Both the position numbers and the translations under genes were made by a program. A DNA stretch of 64,000 nucleotides from Oopsacas minuta (lineage: Eukaryota > Animalia > Porifera): contig JAKMXF010000346.1 of NCBI GenBank assembly GCA_024704765.1, positions 130,015 to 194,014 of the forward strand. The letters are read 5' to 3'. Under the pieces are notes generated by a model. It did no database searches, was not told the DNA's origin, and saw only the letters and a program-made list of their open reading frames with translations. Below are positions 25,948 through 37,817 of the stretch, piece by piece (position 1 is the stretch's first letter; each line of letters starts with the position of its first letter).

Positions 25948-26459
25948 TAACTATCTAGTAAACTAATACCTATTGCCACTAAATTCCGAATGAAGCCACT
26001 GTGGCACGGTATACACAATTGTCATCAGGCTTTACTTTAGATACTGAAACAATGTGATCAAAATACCTTATCAATTGTATCGGAGTGAATTGCTAATTGG
26101 AAATACATTTGAGTCACGTTTCAGCAAAATGGGTAAATGTAAGTCAATAGTATGTGTAAGCATTTGACGCATTGCGAGTGAACATTTATTGACCAAACAA
26201 TTTAGAAGTAGTGAGTCATGAATTATACCAAATTATACGTTTTCGGTCAGATCTGGTGACCCTATCATGAGTATCCACATCCATGCTATTGTCGATAGCT
26301 TCCAATGGACTAAATGGATGCACATTAACTTCATTAAGTGTATTCATCTTACCCTTTCCCTCTGATTCACTTGGACTAGGCTCTCTCTTCATGGGATCTA
26401 TATTGTCAGATAATGAAGAAATGTATTCAAATTGTGAACTTGGAAGTGTTCATTTACTA

Positions 26460-29098
26460 CGGGCGTTCAATAAATTATAATCACTGTGTTACTGTGGGGA
26501 TTTATAACACAACAATACTATATTGATAGTTGAATATGAATACTTAATCCTCTGTCTACAAGCTAGTATTGATTTTTTCATTATCGCTCAAAAACTCAAC
26601 AAGTTATATCAAATTTTACAACAGGTGTTTTTTATCTTTCCATTTATGACATCACTTGGCAAGAATTCTATAATCGAGCAAAGAGTTTATGTCAAGGTTC
26701 GTACTCTCCTCGTGAAATCTGCACACGAGATACAGGGTGCGTTTTAAGTTCTGTCCCATAGTCAAATCCTCATAACTTTACTACAATAGATCTTTTACTA
26801 TTTAAACTTTTATACCAGTTTACTATGATCAATACAATTACATAATCGCACTGATTACTCAATATAACCTCCCTTGCCATGAATGACACTTGATATCCTG
26901 CCAGGTAGGGCCTCAACTGCAGCACGGAGTACATCTTGGGGTATTTTCTCCTACTCTTCTCGCAATTTTCGCTTCAAAGAGTCTATACTCTTGTGAGATT
27001 TAGCACAGACTCTGCTTTCGAGAATGGACCATACCGAATAGTCCATTGGGTTCAGGTCTGGGCTATATGGAGGCCATTGCTCTTTCTCAATAAAACATGG
27101 AATATTGCTCTGAAGCCAGGTTTGGGTAACATTTGATGTGTGAGCTGGTGCTCCGTCTTGTTGAAATACAAATGACCCACCATTAAACATGGTTTGGCTA
27201 AGGTTCTTCACTATGGGCTCTAAAATTAAGTCACGATAAGTTGTCGAGTTTATTTTTACGCCTGCAGGCACAAAAATTAGTGGCGTCCGACCAACAGCCG
27301 ATATTCCAGCCCAAACCATTACTGAAAGTGGTTTTTGGACTCGAGGAACGTACTTCAGATCTGGATCAATAGTAGATGACTTGTGTGATATAATCCTGTC
27401 GTTTTGAGGGTTCAAAGCTTCCTCAATGGTGAAAATCTTTTCGTCGGAGAATACAATTTTTATAATATCATGATTTACGTGCCTACGTAATTGTCCTTTA
27501 CATCTTTGAAGCCTCTTGACCTTTACTTGCTCACTTAGGAAGTGAACTCTCTTTCTTCTGAATGAACGCATGCCTAAGTTCACTTTCACAATTTTCCGTA
27601 CTGAAGACTCTGATACTTTGAGTTCCTGAGCCATTTTCCTCATAGAACGCCGTGGGTTCCTACGGATACGTTCCCGCACCAACTTTTGGAGTGCTGGAGT
27701 CGTTACTGAAGGGGGACGACCACTTCTTGCTTTGTCACAAACTTTCCCAGTCTCGTTGTACCTCCGAATCGTACGATAGACAAACTTACGTCTATTAGCG
27801 GGAATATTGAGCAACTTCAAAATTTCTTTCTGAGTCTTGCCATTTTTAGCTAACTCAATAATAGCTGACCTTTCGTGTTCCATCAAATGAAAATACTAAT
27901 ACGTGAGAATGGTGTATTGTATAATAGGTATAGGTGCTAGCTAAACAATATAGTAAAAGAATCAACATAGTAGTATTAAGGATATGCTTAGAATATAGAT
28001 CATACAATAACACATAAAGATGGGACAGAACTTAAAACGCACCCTGTATGCATCTTGATTTAGTTCAAGTCTATAATACGAAAGGTGCTCTGTCTTATGC
28101 AGGAGTCAGAAGATGGGCTCAGCGTTTCAGGCTGGGAAGAAAGTCTATCGAAGATGACCCTCGGCCTGGAGCACCAATTACGGCTGCATCTCCCATTAAA
28201 TCGTGCTCTATCAAGAAACTGATAGACCTAGACCCACATATAACTATCTGGGAACTTCCTAATAGTGTTGGCTTCTCGATGGGAAGTGTAGACCACATTT
28301 TAAGATCACAGCTCAAGTTGCGAAGGTTTGCACTAGATGAATCCCACATTTACTCACAAAGGTCCAGAAAGAGACAAGGGTGAGATGTTGGCGTAATCTC
28401 CTTATATCCTACAAAGAATGCGACCGGCGAAGATTATTTGAAATAGTGGCTGGTGATGAGACATGGGTTCAGCCTAACACACCTTTTTCCAAACAGGCAA
28501 ATATGGTGTGGATAGGAAAGCCCTCGGACCCTGATGATATCGCGTCCAGATTTTTAGAACATCGAGAATCATGTATTGCATATTTTTTGATGCACATGGC
28601 CCAGTGGCCCAGGTGATAATTCCAAAGGGACAAACTGTTACTGGAAGCTTCTACACTAGTAATTATCTTGGTGCAGTGGAAGAAAGCTTGTTGAAGAGGA
28701 GAAACGGACTGGTGCTAAAGGGTTGAGATTATTACATGATAATGCCCGTCCTCACAAAACCAAGCAAGTCAAAGAATAAATCTTAAGGGTGGGGATGATT
28801 GAGCTTGAACATCCACCCTACAGCCCAGATCTAGCTCTTTGTGATTTCTATCTCTTCCCTAAGCTTAAGGAATACCTCTCTGGCCGTCATTTTAGCAACA
28901 GCGCAGTACTGGGATCGGCGATTTTCCAGTATCTCAAACGGATACCGCCGGAAGACGATAAAAATAATTTTGTACGATGGTTGGAGCGTCTTCAATGCTG
29001 TATAAATAATGGTGGGGATTATTTCGAAAAGATTAAACACTGATTGTTTGTGTACAATATACTTTTGGGGATAGTGATCAGAAATTATTGAACACCCG
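26460..29098 (+). mobile_element. Mariner element split by a nested maT insertion
   Basis: TIRs CGGG(C/T)GTTCAATAA, TA TSDs. N-terminus MTSLGKNSIIEQRVYVKVRTLL...HEI (26646..26732) continues after the maT as HLDLVQVY...EDDPRPG, GDETW, LHDNARPH, HPPYSPDLALCDF. Confidence 0.9.
26733..28046 (-). mobile_element. maT (DD37D) Tc1/mariner element, near intact
   Basis: Perfect 27-bp TIR CAGGGTGCGTTTTAAGTTCTGTCCCAT, TA TSD. 311-aa ORF 26951..27886 has FSDEK and QQD-x37-D (SPDLNPMD). A single TAG truncates the last roughly 30 residues (EKIPQDVLRAAVEALPGRISSVIHGKGGYIE follows in frame). Confidence 0.95.
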
Positions 29099-29852
29099 TA
29101 GTAGTAATGAACAAAGATCATAAATACTCACTATTTGTGATAGTTGATGAGTCTCATAATTATCTTGAAACACTTCCCTATGGACTACATTTCTAATCTA
29201 TGGATATAGAAGTACCAATTGAGAGATATCATCACCGTATACTACAAATCTATCATCTAGGTGGATCATTTGATTCTCTTTGTCAGTTTCAGTGCGTTCC
29301 CAACTCGGTAGGAAATTAGAGAAATTACTCACTTCAATGGCATCGTGAGGTTACAATTTTTTGAGACGTATATTAATAGCGAGTTTCATTACTTTAACAT
29401 GGCGCCAAAGGACTCGTGCGTATGGGAGGAGTCCCTCACCTGAATGAGCTGAATACGGTCTGCTAATTGTTGTACCGAACCTTTTTACTCCCTTTTTCTA
29501 TTCTTGCTTTGTTTTATCCCACACAAAGTTTTCGGGAAATTTAAGTAGGAGTATTCTCGGGCAATTGGAAAATTTGGTCTGTCCAGAACCATCCCATTAG
29601 TGTGGAATGCCTAAGGTTCCTACTACAGCATTAATATCAGCAGTTCCCTTGAATGCAACACCCTGCTTATCCTCCAGATGAAGTGCTAGCCGAACAACGT
29701 GTTGCAAATTAGCATGGAGTTCAATGGAGAATATTCTATATCAAGCTTCATATGCAGAACCATATCTGGCTTCCTGATAGTTATGTATTTCATTATTCTC
29801 TCCGGATTTATCACTATCTCTACGGTAACAAAACTTAATTTTTGCTCTATTG

Positions 29853-30170
29853 CAGGGGCGTGGAAACTTTTCTCTCCGCGGGCCGCATTCTAATTCCATA
29901 TTATATGCGGGCTATGTTGACCTATGACTACGTTCCATGTCCTAATATATTACAAAAACTCTACTAGCTAATTGTAAAATATACAAAATTATATATAAAA
30001 ATTTCCTAATATTAATCAAATTTTCCATGGGACGATATTTCCGAGTGCCTAATGTTGAGTAATATAGTGATCAATTAATTTGAATACTCAAATAACTTAT
30101 GCCAGAGGGGCCGGTTCAAAATCATGAGCCGGACGGATCCGGCCTGTGGGTCGTAGTTCGCCCACCCCTG
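29853..30170. mobile_element. hAT (Charlie-like) MITE
   Basis: CAGGGG...CCCCTG ends. The right end reads CAGGGGTGGGCGAACTACGACCCACAGGCCGGATCCG on minus. 8-bp TSD ctctattg/gcctattg (6 of 8 match). Interrupts Helitron GHNRA. Confidence 0.8.
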
Positions 30171-30480
30171 GCCTATTGTGACCTTTATCGACATACTTAT
30201 AGAGGTACTTGACTGGGAAGTCCGACATTTCGTTACACATTTCGTTACACGACATTTCGCTACTTATTTGATTGGTCAATTTTAATTATTATTTTAAATC
30301 AAATTTTAAAGTAGTTTAACGGTTTGAAAAATAAATAAAGTACTCAGATATCAATATACAATTCTAAGTAAAGTTAAATAATACTCATAAATTGTTCTTG
30401 AAATAAGGATTCGATAATAATATAGGAATTTCAATGTATCAACTGTGAATTTCTAAGGTCAAACTTGTATAGTTTCCCTG

Positions 30481-30633
30481 ATAGGGTAAAAAGCTCTGAC
30501 TAAGGTAGATGAAAGTTATTTTAGGATTCGTATATATGGTTCATCATGAGCAGTATAATACTGCTCATGATGAACCATATATACGAATCCTAAAATAACT
30601 TTCATCTATCTTAGTCAGAGCATTTTACTCTAT
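30481..30633. repeat. Near-perfect 153-bp palindrome (76-bp arms, 1-nt loop)
   Basis: Arms pair around A30557 with 3 mismatches in 76 bp. Confidence 0.95.
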
Positions 30634-31324
30634 TTTCAAAATTACAAACGACAGCAATATTTTCTTGGAATTCAAGGTCGCTTCGCTTACCATGAACTAG
30701 TGGGGCGACCAATTGCTGGAGACAAGCGTGAAAACGCCTTTTGGTGTTCACAGTATTTCTATAGAGCGTCATAACTCCAGCACCAACCTTCCGGATATAT
30801 TCGAAAAGTATTTATCTTGTATACATGACATACCGTATACGAAACACACCTAAGTTTTGCTGATACATATATCACGAAAACTTTGATCCTGCTCGACCGT
30901 TCAAGACGCGATTAATTAGTTCAAGTGTATAAAGCTAGCAAACTACCCGTCGATTTCGACGGAATGTCATGAGCAGTACCTTAGTTAGTTAGGAGTAGGA
31001 ACAGCGGAAATAACTCATCAGAAACTACGCAGAATTTCTAATTGGATGTCATGGCCCAATAGTAACTTAATATAATGTTGGAATATGAATTGGTACGGTC
31101 ACTGACACTGAGGAACACTTGGGATTTTGTATAGGACTATTCATGGTATAACGATATGCTACTATTTCATTGGTCTATATTAGTGCTCCATGGGATTATC
31201 TACGACTTTGTTTATCGTCTATATGTTACAGCCTTACAGAAATAAATATACGGAGCAGCTCAGTGTAGCATTTGAGTGTATGTCTTAAACAAGTCTAATC
31301 GTGTCACACTGAATTCATTAAATA

Positions 31325-31650
31325 CTAGCGCGTTTCGCTTGCTCCCGCTACGCGGTTGCGAACACTTCGTGTCCACAATCGGGCCTTGACCTTCGAGTAT
31401 ATAAACTTATGATCTCAACCTTGGCAAACGTTATGCTACTCTTTAAATCTGCTCACTTTCTGTCCCCAAAAGTGAACAATATTTATAAAATGTTGTTTAG
31501 ATTATCATATTCGATTACCAGTACAACGTTGTTTTGTTGTCGTTATTTAGTGTAACGTTTGGTTCTGGACTTACGAACTGAACCTGTACGTTTTCCATAT
31601 GGGGGAGCGAGACAGACAGACATACACAAACTGAGATTTAATAATACAGA
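31325..31650 (-). mobile_element. Non-autonomous Helitron
   Basis: Minus strand A|TC start, (TCTG)n tract, 3' GC hairpin plus CTAG|T. Related to 41081..41485. Confidence 0.72.
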
Positions 31651-33146
31651 TTAGGCCGTGGCTAATATTGACTGGTAATTTACTTCGCCCTGCATTTTTG
31701 GAATTTTGCGGTCTTCTATAGTTTAATAAACACAAACTGTACATTACATGTCGCTGGGAAATTAAACAATACATACTAGCCTCCTTCCATCAACTTGCTG
31801 CCTCCTCTGGTTGTCCTGATCAACCATTCAGGTTGATCAGGAGCTCTGCCATTAGCAAATTAAATGATCAACAAATAATACAATAAAAATAGATAAATAA
31901 TTTGTTTGAGAAACACTGATCTGAACAATGGAAGTAACCAATCGTATTTATTGAATTTTGAAGCTTATTGACTTCATAAAACAGCTGTACGATGTTTACA
32001 GAGTAAAGAATATGATGATGATTACTTGAGGTTACATTCCAATTCGTGTATAAACATTATCAGTTGTTTCGAATTATTTGATTGAGATAACTTCTGAAAT
32101 ATACTCAATGCATTTAGACGTAATACTTTGAACGGCTTTACAAGAATCTAAACTATAACTGGGATTCTACAAGGGTAGATTTTGTAATATTTAAGGGGAA
32201 TAATTTAATTATAAATAATAATTAAAATTGACCAATCAAATAAGTAGCGAGATGTCGTGTAACGAAATGTCGCTGTAGCGAAATGTCTGTAGCGAAATGT
32301 CTGTAGCGAAATGTCGGTATCCGACTTGACTGCCAATACTGTGGTACAGATTCCAACGTTGAGATTTGCATTGAACTTTAACAACAGATACGGATTGTAA
32401 GGTACAACCTATTTATTTTCTAGATTCATATCACTTAGCTCTACAGTACGTGAGTTGAGTCTATGCCTATACAATGGATGCCAATCCTTAGTAGTTGTTG
32501 TGAAGGCTGAGAACAATTTTATACAATTTTTAGCTCATGACCCTTAACGCATCCATGGAGCAGTTTCTTTTGCTATTCGCACGGACCATGGATCATACAA
32601 CGCTTTACAATGCTATACAATTTAGGCTGGACCTCAGGGTCAGGTATTTGAGCACAAACAATCATATCATAATCTGAAGGCTCACTCGGTTTGCAGCCAT
32701 CAAGAAGATATTTAAAATATGAGCTTGGGTAACCCAGGCTACTGAAATTCGTTATTATAGACATGTACAATGGGTCTACCATGGATATATTTTTTAAGAG
32801 TATCGCTAATCAGTCCCCGTAATTGCAATCTAAACACTTACAGTTAAATCTGGTAAATCGTTAGCTTTCTGACCAATCAGAAAACTATTAGTGAGGGGAA
32901 ATAGGTAGACCTGGCAAATATATCAGGTTTTTCATACTTCCGTACAATTGTCATTGCGTGTTGATAAGTTGGAACCTGTGCCTTGGAGAGCCAATGTAAC
33001 CCGAGGGATAAATTTTCTTTTGTCCGAACTCTTCAGCGTTAGCATTTCTCTAGCAAGAGCATCAGCTAATCCACTGTATAGATCAACACAGTTCTGTTGC
33101 TGATGTAACTTTGTATAGTTAAACTCTGCTACTCAATTTTGGCATA

Positions 33147-34488
33147 CAGAGTGTAACAACAGTGTTGTCCCCTTTCTTTTTTGTCATTGATTGAGTATAT
33201 AAAACTGAACCTTGACTATTGCATCTGACTTACTCTTTCTAGTTATTACCATAATAGTTTTTGACCATTCTATCGCAGTTTGATAAATATTATTTTTTAT
33301 CTCTTCCTTCCTACTTGGATTTCGTAAAATCATTTTCTCGGTTCGGAATGGATGTCCGCAACCATGGGTTAGAGGTTCGTTCTCAAGCAGTAGGTATGCT
33401 AAGGAGTGGTCTTTCACAGCAAAACGTAGCTCTCGAACCAGACGTTTCAGTGAGATCTGTCAAGAAGTGGTGGAGTGCGTATAAAAAAGGAATGAGCCTG
33501 GAAACCAAGACCCGTTCTGGCAGACCGCCGATTTTGAATCGGGTCAATAAAATCATTATCTCCAAAACTTGACAAAAAGAAGGCAATCAACTCGCAAGAT
33601 TGCAAAGAGATTGAATTCAACTAACGACCCTGGCTCTCACATGACAGTTTATCGCTATTTGACCAATTCAATTGGTGCATCAGCGTTCAAGAGGCAAAAG
33701 ACCCCCGTTTATCAGCAAAAACATCCAGGACAGACTAAATTTTGCCAAGAGACATCAAAATTGGGGCGTGGAAGATTGGAAAAAAGTTCGTTGGTCTGAT
33801 GAGTCTCCCTTTGAATTGTATGCAACACCCAATCGGCATAATGATCGTGTTTGGGCTAAAACAGCTAAAGATGTTCCTTGCATTTTGTCGGTGAAATTTC
33901 CTCAAAAATTCATGTCTGGGGATTTATGTCGCATCAAGCACTATCTGAGCTCCATATAATTCCACAAGGACGGACTACAAACTCGCTATATTATAGGGAT
34001 GAAATATTAGCTAAGATTTGTAGAGATGCTATCAACCGTACAGAAAATATGGGACTTATTTTAGAGCTGCCAAAGTTGGGAAACATGTCCGATTTCAACT
34101 TTATGCAAGATGGTGCTCCTGCCCACACGGCTAAAATGACTCAGAAGTGGTGCCGAGATAGTCTAACGGGTTTTCGAGAAACATGACTGGCCACGGAATT
34201 CACCGGACCTGAACCCAACTGAAAACCTTTGGGCTATATTGAAAGAGAGAGTTAATGAGAAGGGTCAGATGACAAATCGAAATCAGTTAAATGAAACCGT
34301 GAAATTAGCATGGCAAGCCATTACTCCCGATATTTTGGAAGATTTTGTAGCCAACATGCCAAACAGAGTTAAAGTTGTTTTGGAAATGGGGGGTGATTAT
34401 ACAAACAAATGAAAGTTGATATTGTGTAGTTATTTCTCATAGATGCTTCTGGCAATCGAAGGGGACAAAACACTTTTGTTACACCCTG
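33147..34488 (+). mobile_element. Tc1-like (DDxE) element, defective, inserted in the Helitron
   Basis: TIRs CAG(A/G)GTGTAACAA(C/A)AGTGTT..TGTCCCCTT, TA TSD within Helitron codons ATG TAT. WSDESPF, FMQDGAPAH, NSPDLNPTEN fragments; D-to-E spacing about 37 but crosses a frameshift. Confidence 0.88.
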
Positions 34489-35887
34489 TACATGTCAACA
34501 ATGTATTGATGAAATAGCCTGCCAGAGAGGTTTTAGTGGTTTAATCCGCTTCTAACTATGAGTTGATAGGAGTCAAAGTCTAGTCCTATGGCAGTACTTC
34601 TACCTTAGCTATTGAGGATATTAATATACTATCCATCACTGCCTAAGGGGAATAGCAATACATAATGGGATGAGTCATAAGAACGGGGTAATTTTGTTAT
34701 TTTTTGATTCCACCATGTCTGCCATACAGAATACTTTCTCTGTTTACCACTGTTTCTGAATAACCATCCCCAGAAAGGGATACTGCAATCTCAGGAGCAG
34801 AAGGGGCATCATATTCGTGGATCTCCAATACTATCTTCTAGGATAGTGAACATTATATCCATTGCTTTCATCTACACATATGATTTATGGCATGTCTGAA
34901 GCAAAACAGGGTTTGACCGCGTGTAACATCTGTTGTAATCACTTCAATTCAGGGAGATATGTTACGCCCTTGTGTCTCTGACGTCTTTCTAGCTCAGCTT
35001 CTGGAGTACTCTAGTTGATATATATTTGAGCGAATTAATGCGGCTCTTCTACTTCGGGGATTAATCTACCAACTGAATGGTGTACTACCCCATGCATACA
35101 GAACGTATATAATGTTCGCCATTTCGTTATCAACATTGGCTCTGAGAGAAGAAAATGCAAGACTTGTCTTATAGGCACGTATACTACTCCTGAATTCAGT
35201 AGATCTTTACCAGTATCAGTGAGTAATTGATCTAGCAGCTTAGGTGGTGTCTAAAGGCCGTATAACAACCTTCCCCTCCCCACAACAAAGGAGAACTTAA
35301 ACATGCCTTAGTGCTGGTAACTCAACCCGAGATTTCAGACTAATATTGTGCTCATGCTCATACTCTTTGTTTCTTAGACTAGCTTTACTGGCACGGTCGT
35401 GTTCTTTGTGCTCAGCGGATCTATCCTCAAAATCAATTTCTCTGAGGTTATCTCGATGGGGTCGCTGGTACTTTAAGCGCCGAGTGCCTCGTGCTCGATT
35501 TGGGAAGCTCTCAAAATAACTTGTCGGTCCCTTTGTTTCTGAAGACGCTCTAATCTTTCTTCTGAAATTCGTTTTGGCGAATTTCAGGAAGAAAGCTTCG
35601 GACATAGCTGGTTTATTACCAGGACAATCCTGTTTCTTTTTCATGAGTATCATTCCAAATATCAATACAGAAATTCTTGGTAATTAGTTGGATAACTGTA
35701 TTACATATGGAAATACATTTAGCATTCATTAATTATGTCTACTGGTATTCACTGTAGAATTGAAAAAATTAGCACCAGTCTATTCAGTAACCTGGTTCCT
35801 ACATACAATTTCTACTGTTCATCTAAAACACGAATTAACTTTATGAGTATATTTTCACACGAAACACCACCTAAACATTACTAAATA

Positions 35888-37239
35888 CAGTGCCGGTCAA
35901 AAAGAATTGCTCAGAATAAATTTACCCCAAATTCTTAAATCTATGACTGATTTTAACAATAATGCTTTATTATAATCAAATAAATTGTTGTTAGTATTTA
36001 GTAGTACCTCCTCTTACTTGAATTACAGCTTTACATCTTTGCGGCATACTCTCAATTAGAGTATGGAGTCTGTTAATGTCGATGCTATCCCAAGTCTTAA
36101 TATGGCATTCCACAACTCTGAGTGGTTGGATGGGCTTTTCTCTTGAATTCTGAGGGAAATGTGATCCCAGAGATTCTCAATCGGATTTAGATCAGGTGAC
36201 TGAGCAGGCCAATTCATAACCTCTATTTTTTGCTCACCAAACCATTGCTTAGTACCCTTTGACATATGGTATGGGGCGTTGTCTTGCTGAAAAGTCCAGT
36301 CAGAATGTAGAGAATGCAAATCAACGCTTGGGATTAGTGCATTTTCCAATATATCAATGTAGGAATTTGTCTTGAGGTTCCCAGATACTTTCCACAAGAG
36401 TCCTACACCACTCCAGCAAAAGCATCCACAAACCATGATGCCACCTCCACCAAACTTGCAAGTTTTTTGAAGACACCTCTCTGAGAACTCCTCCCCTTTC
36501 ATCCTCCTGACGTAGGCTCTCCCGTCATTAGTATACAGAAGGAACCTAGATTCGTCACTGAACACAACTCTTGCCCATTCTTCAGTTTTCCAATTCTTGT
36601 GCGATCTTGCGAAGGAAAGTCAGTCTCTTTTGTGCTTGGTAGTAAGGCGGGGCTTCCTTCGCGGTTTTCGTCCGAACAGTCCAGCTCCTCGTAACCTTCT
36701 CTGAACTGTTGAAGTGGAAAGTTTTATCGAATATTCTGATAACACTTCAGCTTTGATCTGAGTAGCAGTCTTAAATCGATCCTTTTTGCATTTTCTGACC
36801 AATAAATTGTCTTGCCTTTTGGTTGTGACACGAAGCCTACCCGGGATAGCGAGGTCTCTTACCGTGCCAGTCAGCCTGTGTTTCTTAAGGATCTCGGCTA
36901 CACTTTTTTGGCTACACCCAACCATTTTAGCTACCTCCCTCTGAGTATGGCCACTTTCTGAAAGTAGGATCAGGTTGGCTCGATTTTCAATGGAAATTCG
37001 GGGTTTAGAAGGCATTGAAAATTCGATAAAAACAGATAAATTGGAAAAAAAGAATACAAAATAAAAACTGTAAGTTGTGCAAATATAATGAATGGATTAG
37101 CTGTGTTGGTGTGTTACTTGTCGAAATACATATGGCTGAGTATGGTTTCGCAAGAATTCAACTATCTGTTCAGTGTATACAATTTGACATTTACTTACTG
37201 TATGCATTCATTTTGAGCAATTCTTTTTGGCCGACACTG
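35888..37239 (-). mobile_element. Tc1 (DD34E) element, defective
   Basis: TIRs CAGTG(C/T)CGG(T/C)CAAAAAGAATTGCTCA, TA TSDs. ORFs 36620..37015 and 36056..36565 are in one frame across a TGA. FSDESRF, QQDNAPYH, SPDLNPIENLW. Confidence 0.92.
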
Positions 37240-37817
37240 TATATTGTTGAATAATAATGAATAATCTATTATCTAGTATGCCGTATAGAGCTTCTTTCAA
37301 CAAATATTCTATGATTTCATTATTTGTCTACGTTATATTCAACATCAAGAACAATAAATATATATGTGAGAAACTTGTAAATGCGAAATTCGGATTCAGC
37401 GTATTTAGTTACGACTGCGTTGCCGTTTAGAGCAAGCATGTACCAATATTTTGAGATTTAGATAATTTGTTTACTTTATATCCATCACAGCAGTAATAAG
37501 TTTACATATGATAATCCAAAAGTCTGAAAATCGAATTCAGCGTGCTGATATATTTTGTGAAGTTTTATTGAATTATATTTACTTCCTCGACAAACATAAT
37601 TTCAAAATTGAATACAATAAATCCTTTTTTTCACAATAGACAAACAAACAGTCAAATGTTTCATGAATTAGGGGAGGCATAGTTTAGAGCTAAAGTGTAT
37701 AACTTGACCATAGCTAGGGGGAGGGGAGAAAGCACTTTTGGCGGGACATTTTGCCCCCACTGAATTTATCTAGAAAAACCCTGGGCAGGATGACAGGCAA
37801 CAATTGAGGTTAAATAA

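Larger units (their letters stand above)
20810..26003 (+). mobile_element. Transib/RAG1-like transposon relic with RSS-heptamer termini
   Basis: Left end CACAGTGGCTCCAT (20810); right end reverse complement CACAGTGGCTTCAT (26003). Perfect 5-bp TSD GCACG (20805..20809, 26004..26008). Contains a degenerate RAG1/Transib-type transposase plus nested Helitron and mariner. Confidence 0.85.
30216..32323 (-). mobile_element. Non-autonomous MULE derivative
   Basis: Perfect 9-bp TSD ACTTGACTG (30207..30215, 32324..32332). TIRs are built from GACATTTCG(C/T)TACA tandem units plus ttatttgattggtcaatttt. Retains only the first codons of a FLYWCH-type transposase (MAE-PDQPEWLIRTTRGGSKLMEGG*, about 31775..31852). 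Confidence 0.85.
29400..35665 (-). mobile_element. Fragmented autonomous-type Helitron Rep/helicase relic carrying nested hAT MITE, MULE and Tc1-like elements
   Basis: Collinear Helitron Rep motifs: FAQIYI, YDAPSAPEIA, GRLFHQYIVDM|YAKIE, IGSPR...AMTIVRKYEKPDIF, VCAQIPDP...MIHGPC, VVPYNPYLLLKFNA, AVK|YLYKYVDKGH|NRA, YQEARYGSAYEA*YRIF, FPENFVWD. Boundaries approximate. Confidence 0.85.

Noticed and set aside
20810-26003. A 12/23-type RSS with nonamers in the Transib-like TIRs
   Set aside because: No ACAAAAACC-like nonamer. The only shared inner motif (G.AATAG) starts at position 20 on the left and 28 on the right, an offset of 8 rather than 11.
24320-26003. RAG2-like gene at the 3' side of the RAG1-like ORF
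   Set aside because: The space is occupied by a mariner; about 390 AT-rich nt remain, with no kelch-like ORF on either strand.
26232-26458. About 75-codon S/D/E-rich open frame on minus beside a TAGGGTCACCAGATCTG (Tip100-like) end
   Set aside because: No start or splice support, no family motif, and no partner TIR found.
30216-30300. Short tandem units in the MULE TIRs and Tigger subtermini as a CRISPR-like array
   Set aside because: No unique spacers; they are transposon subterminal repeats in a eukaryotic locus.
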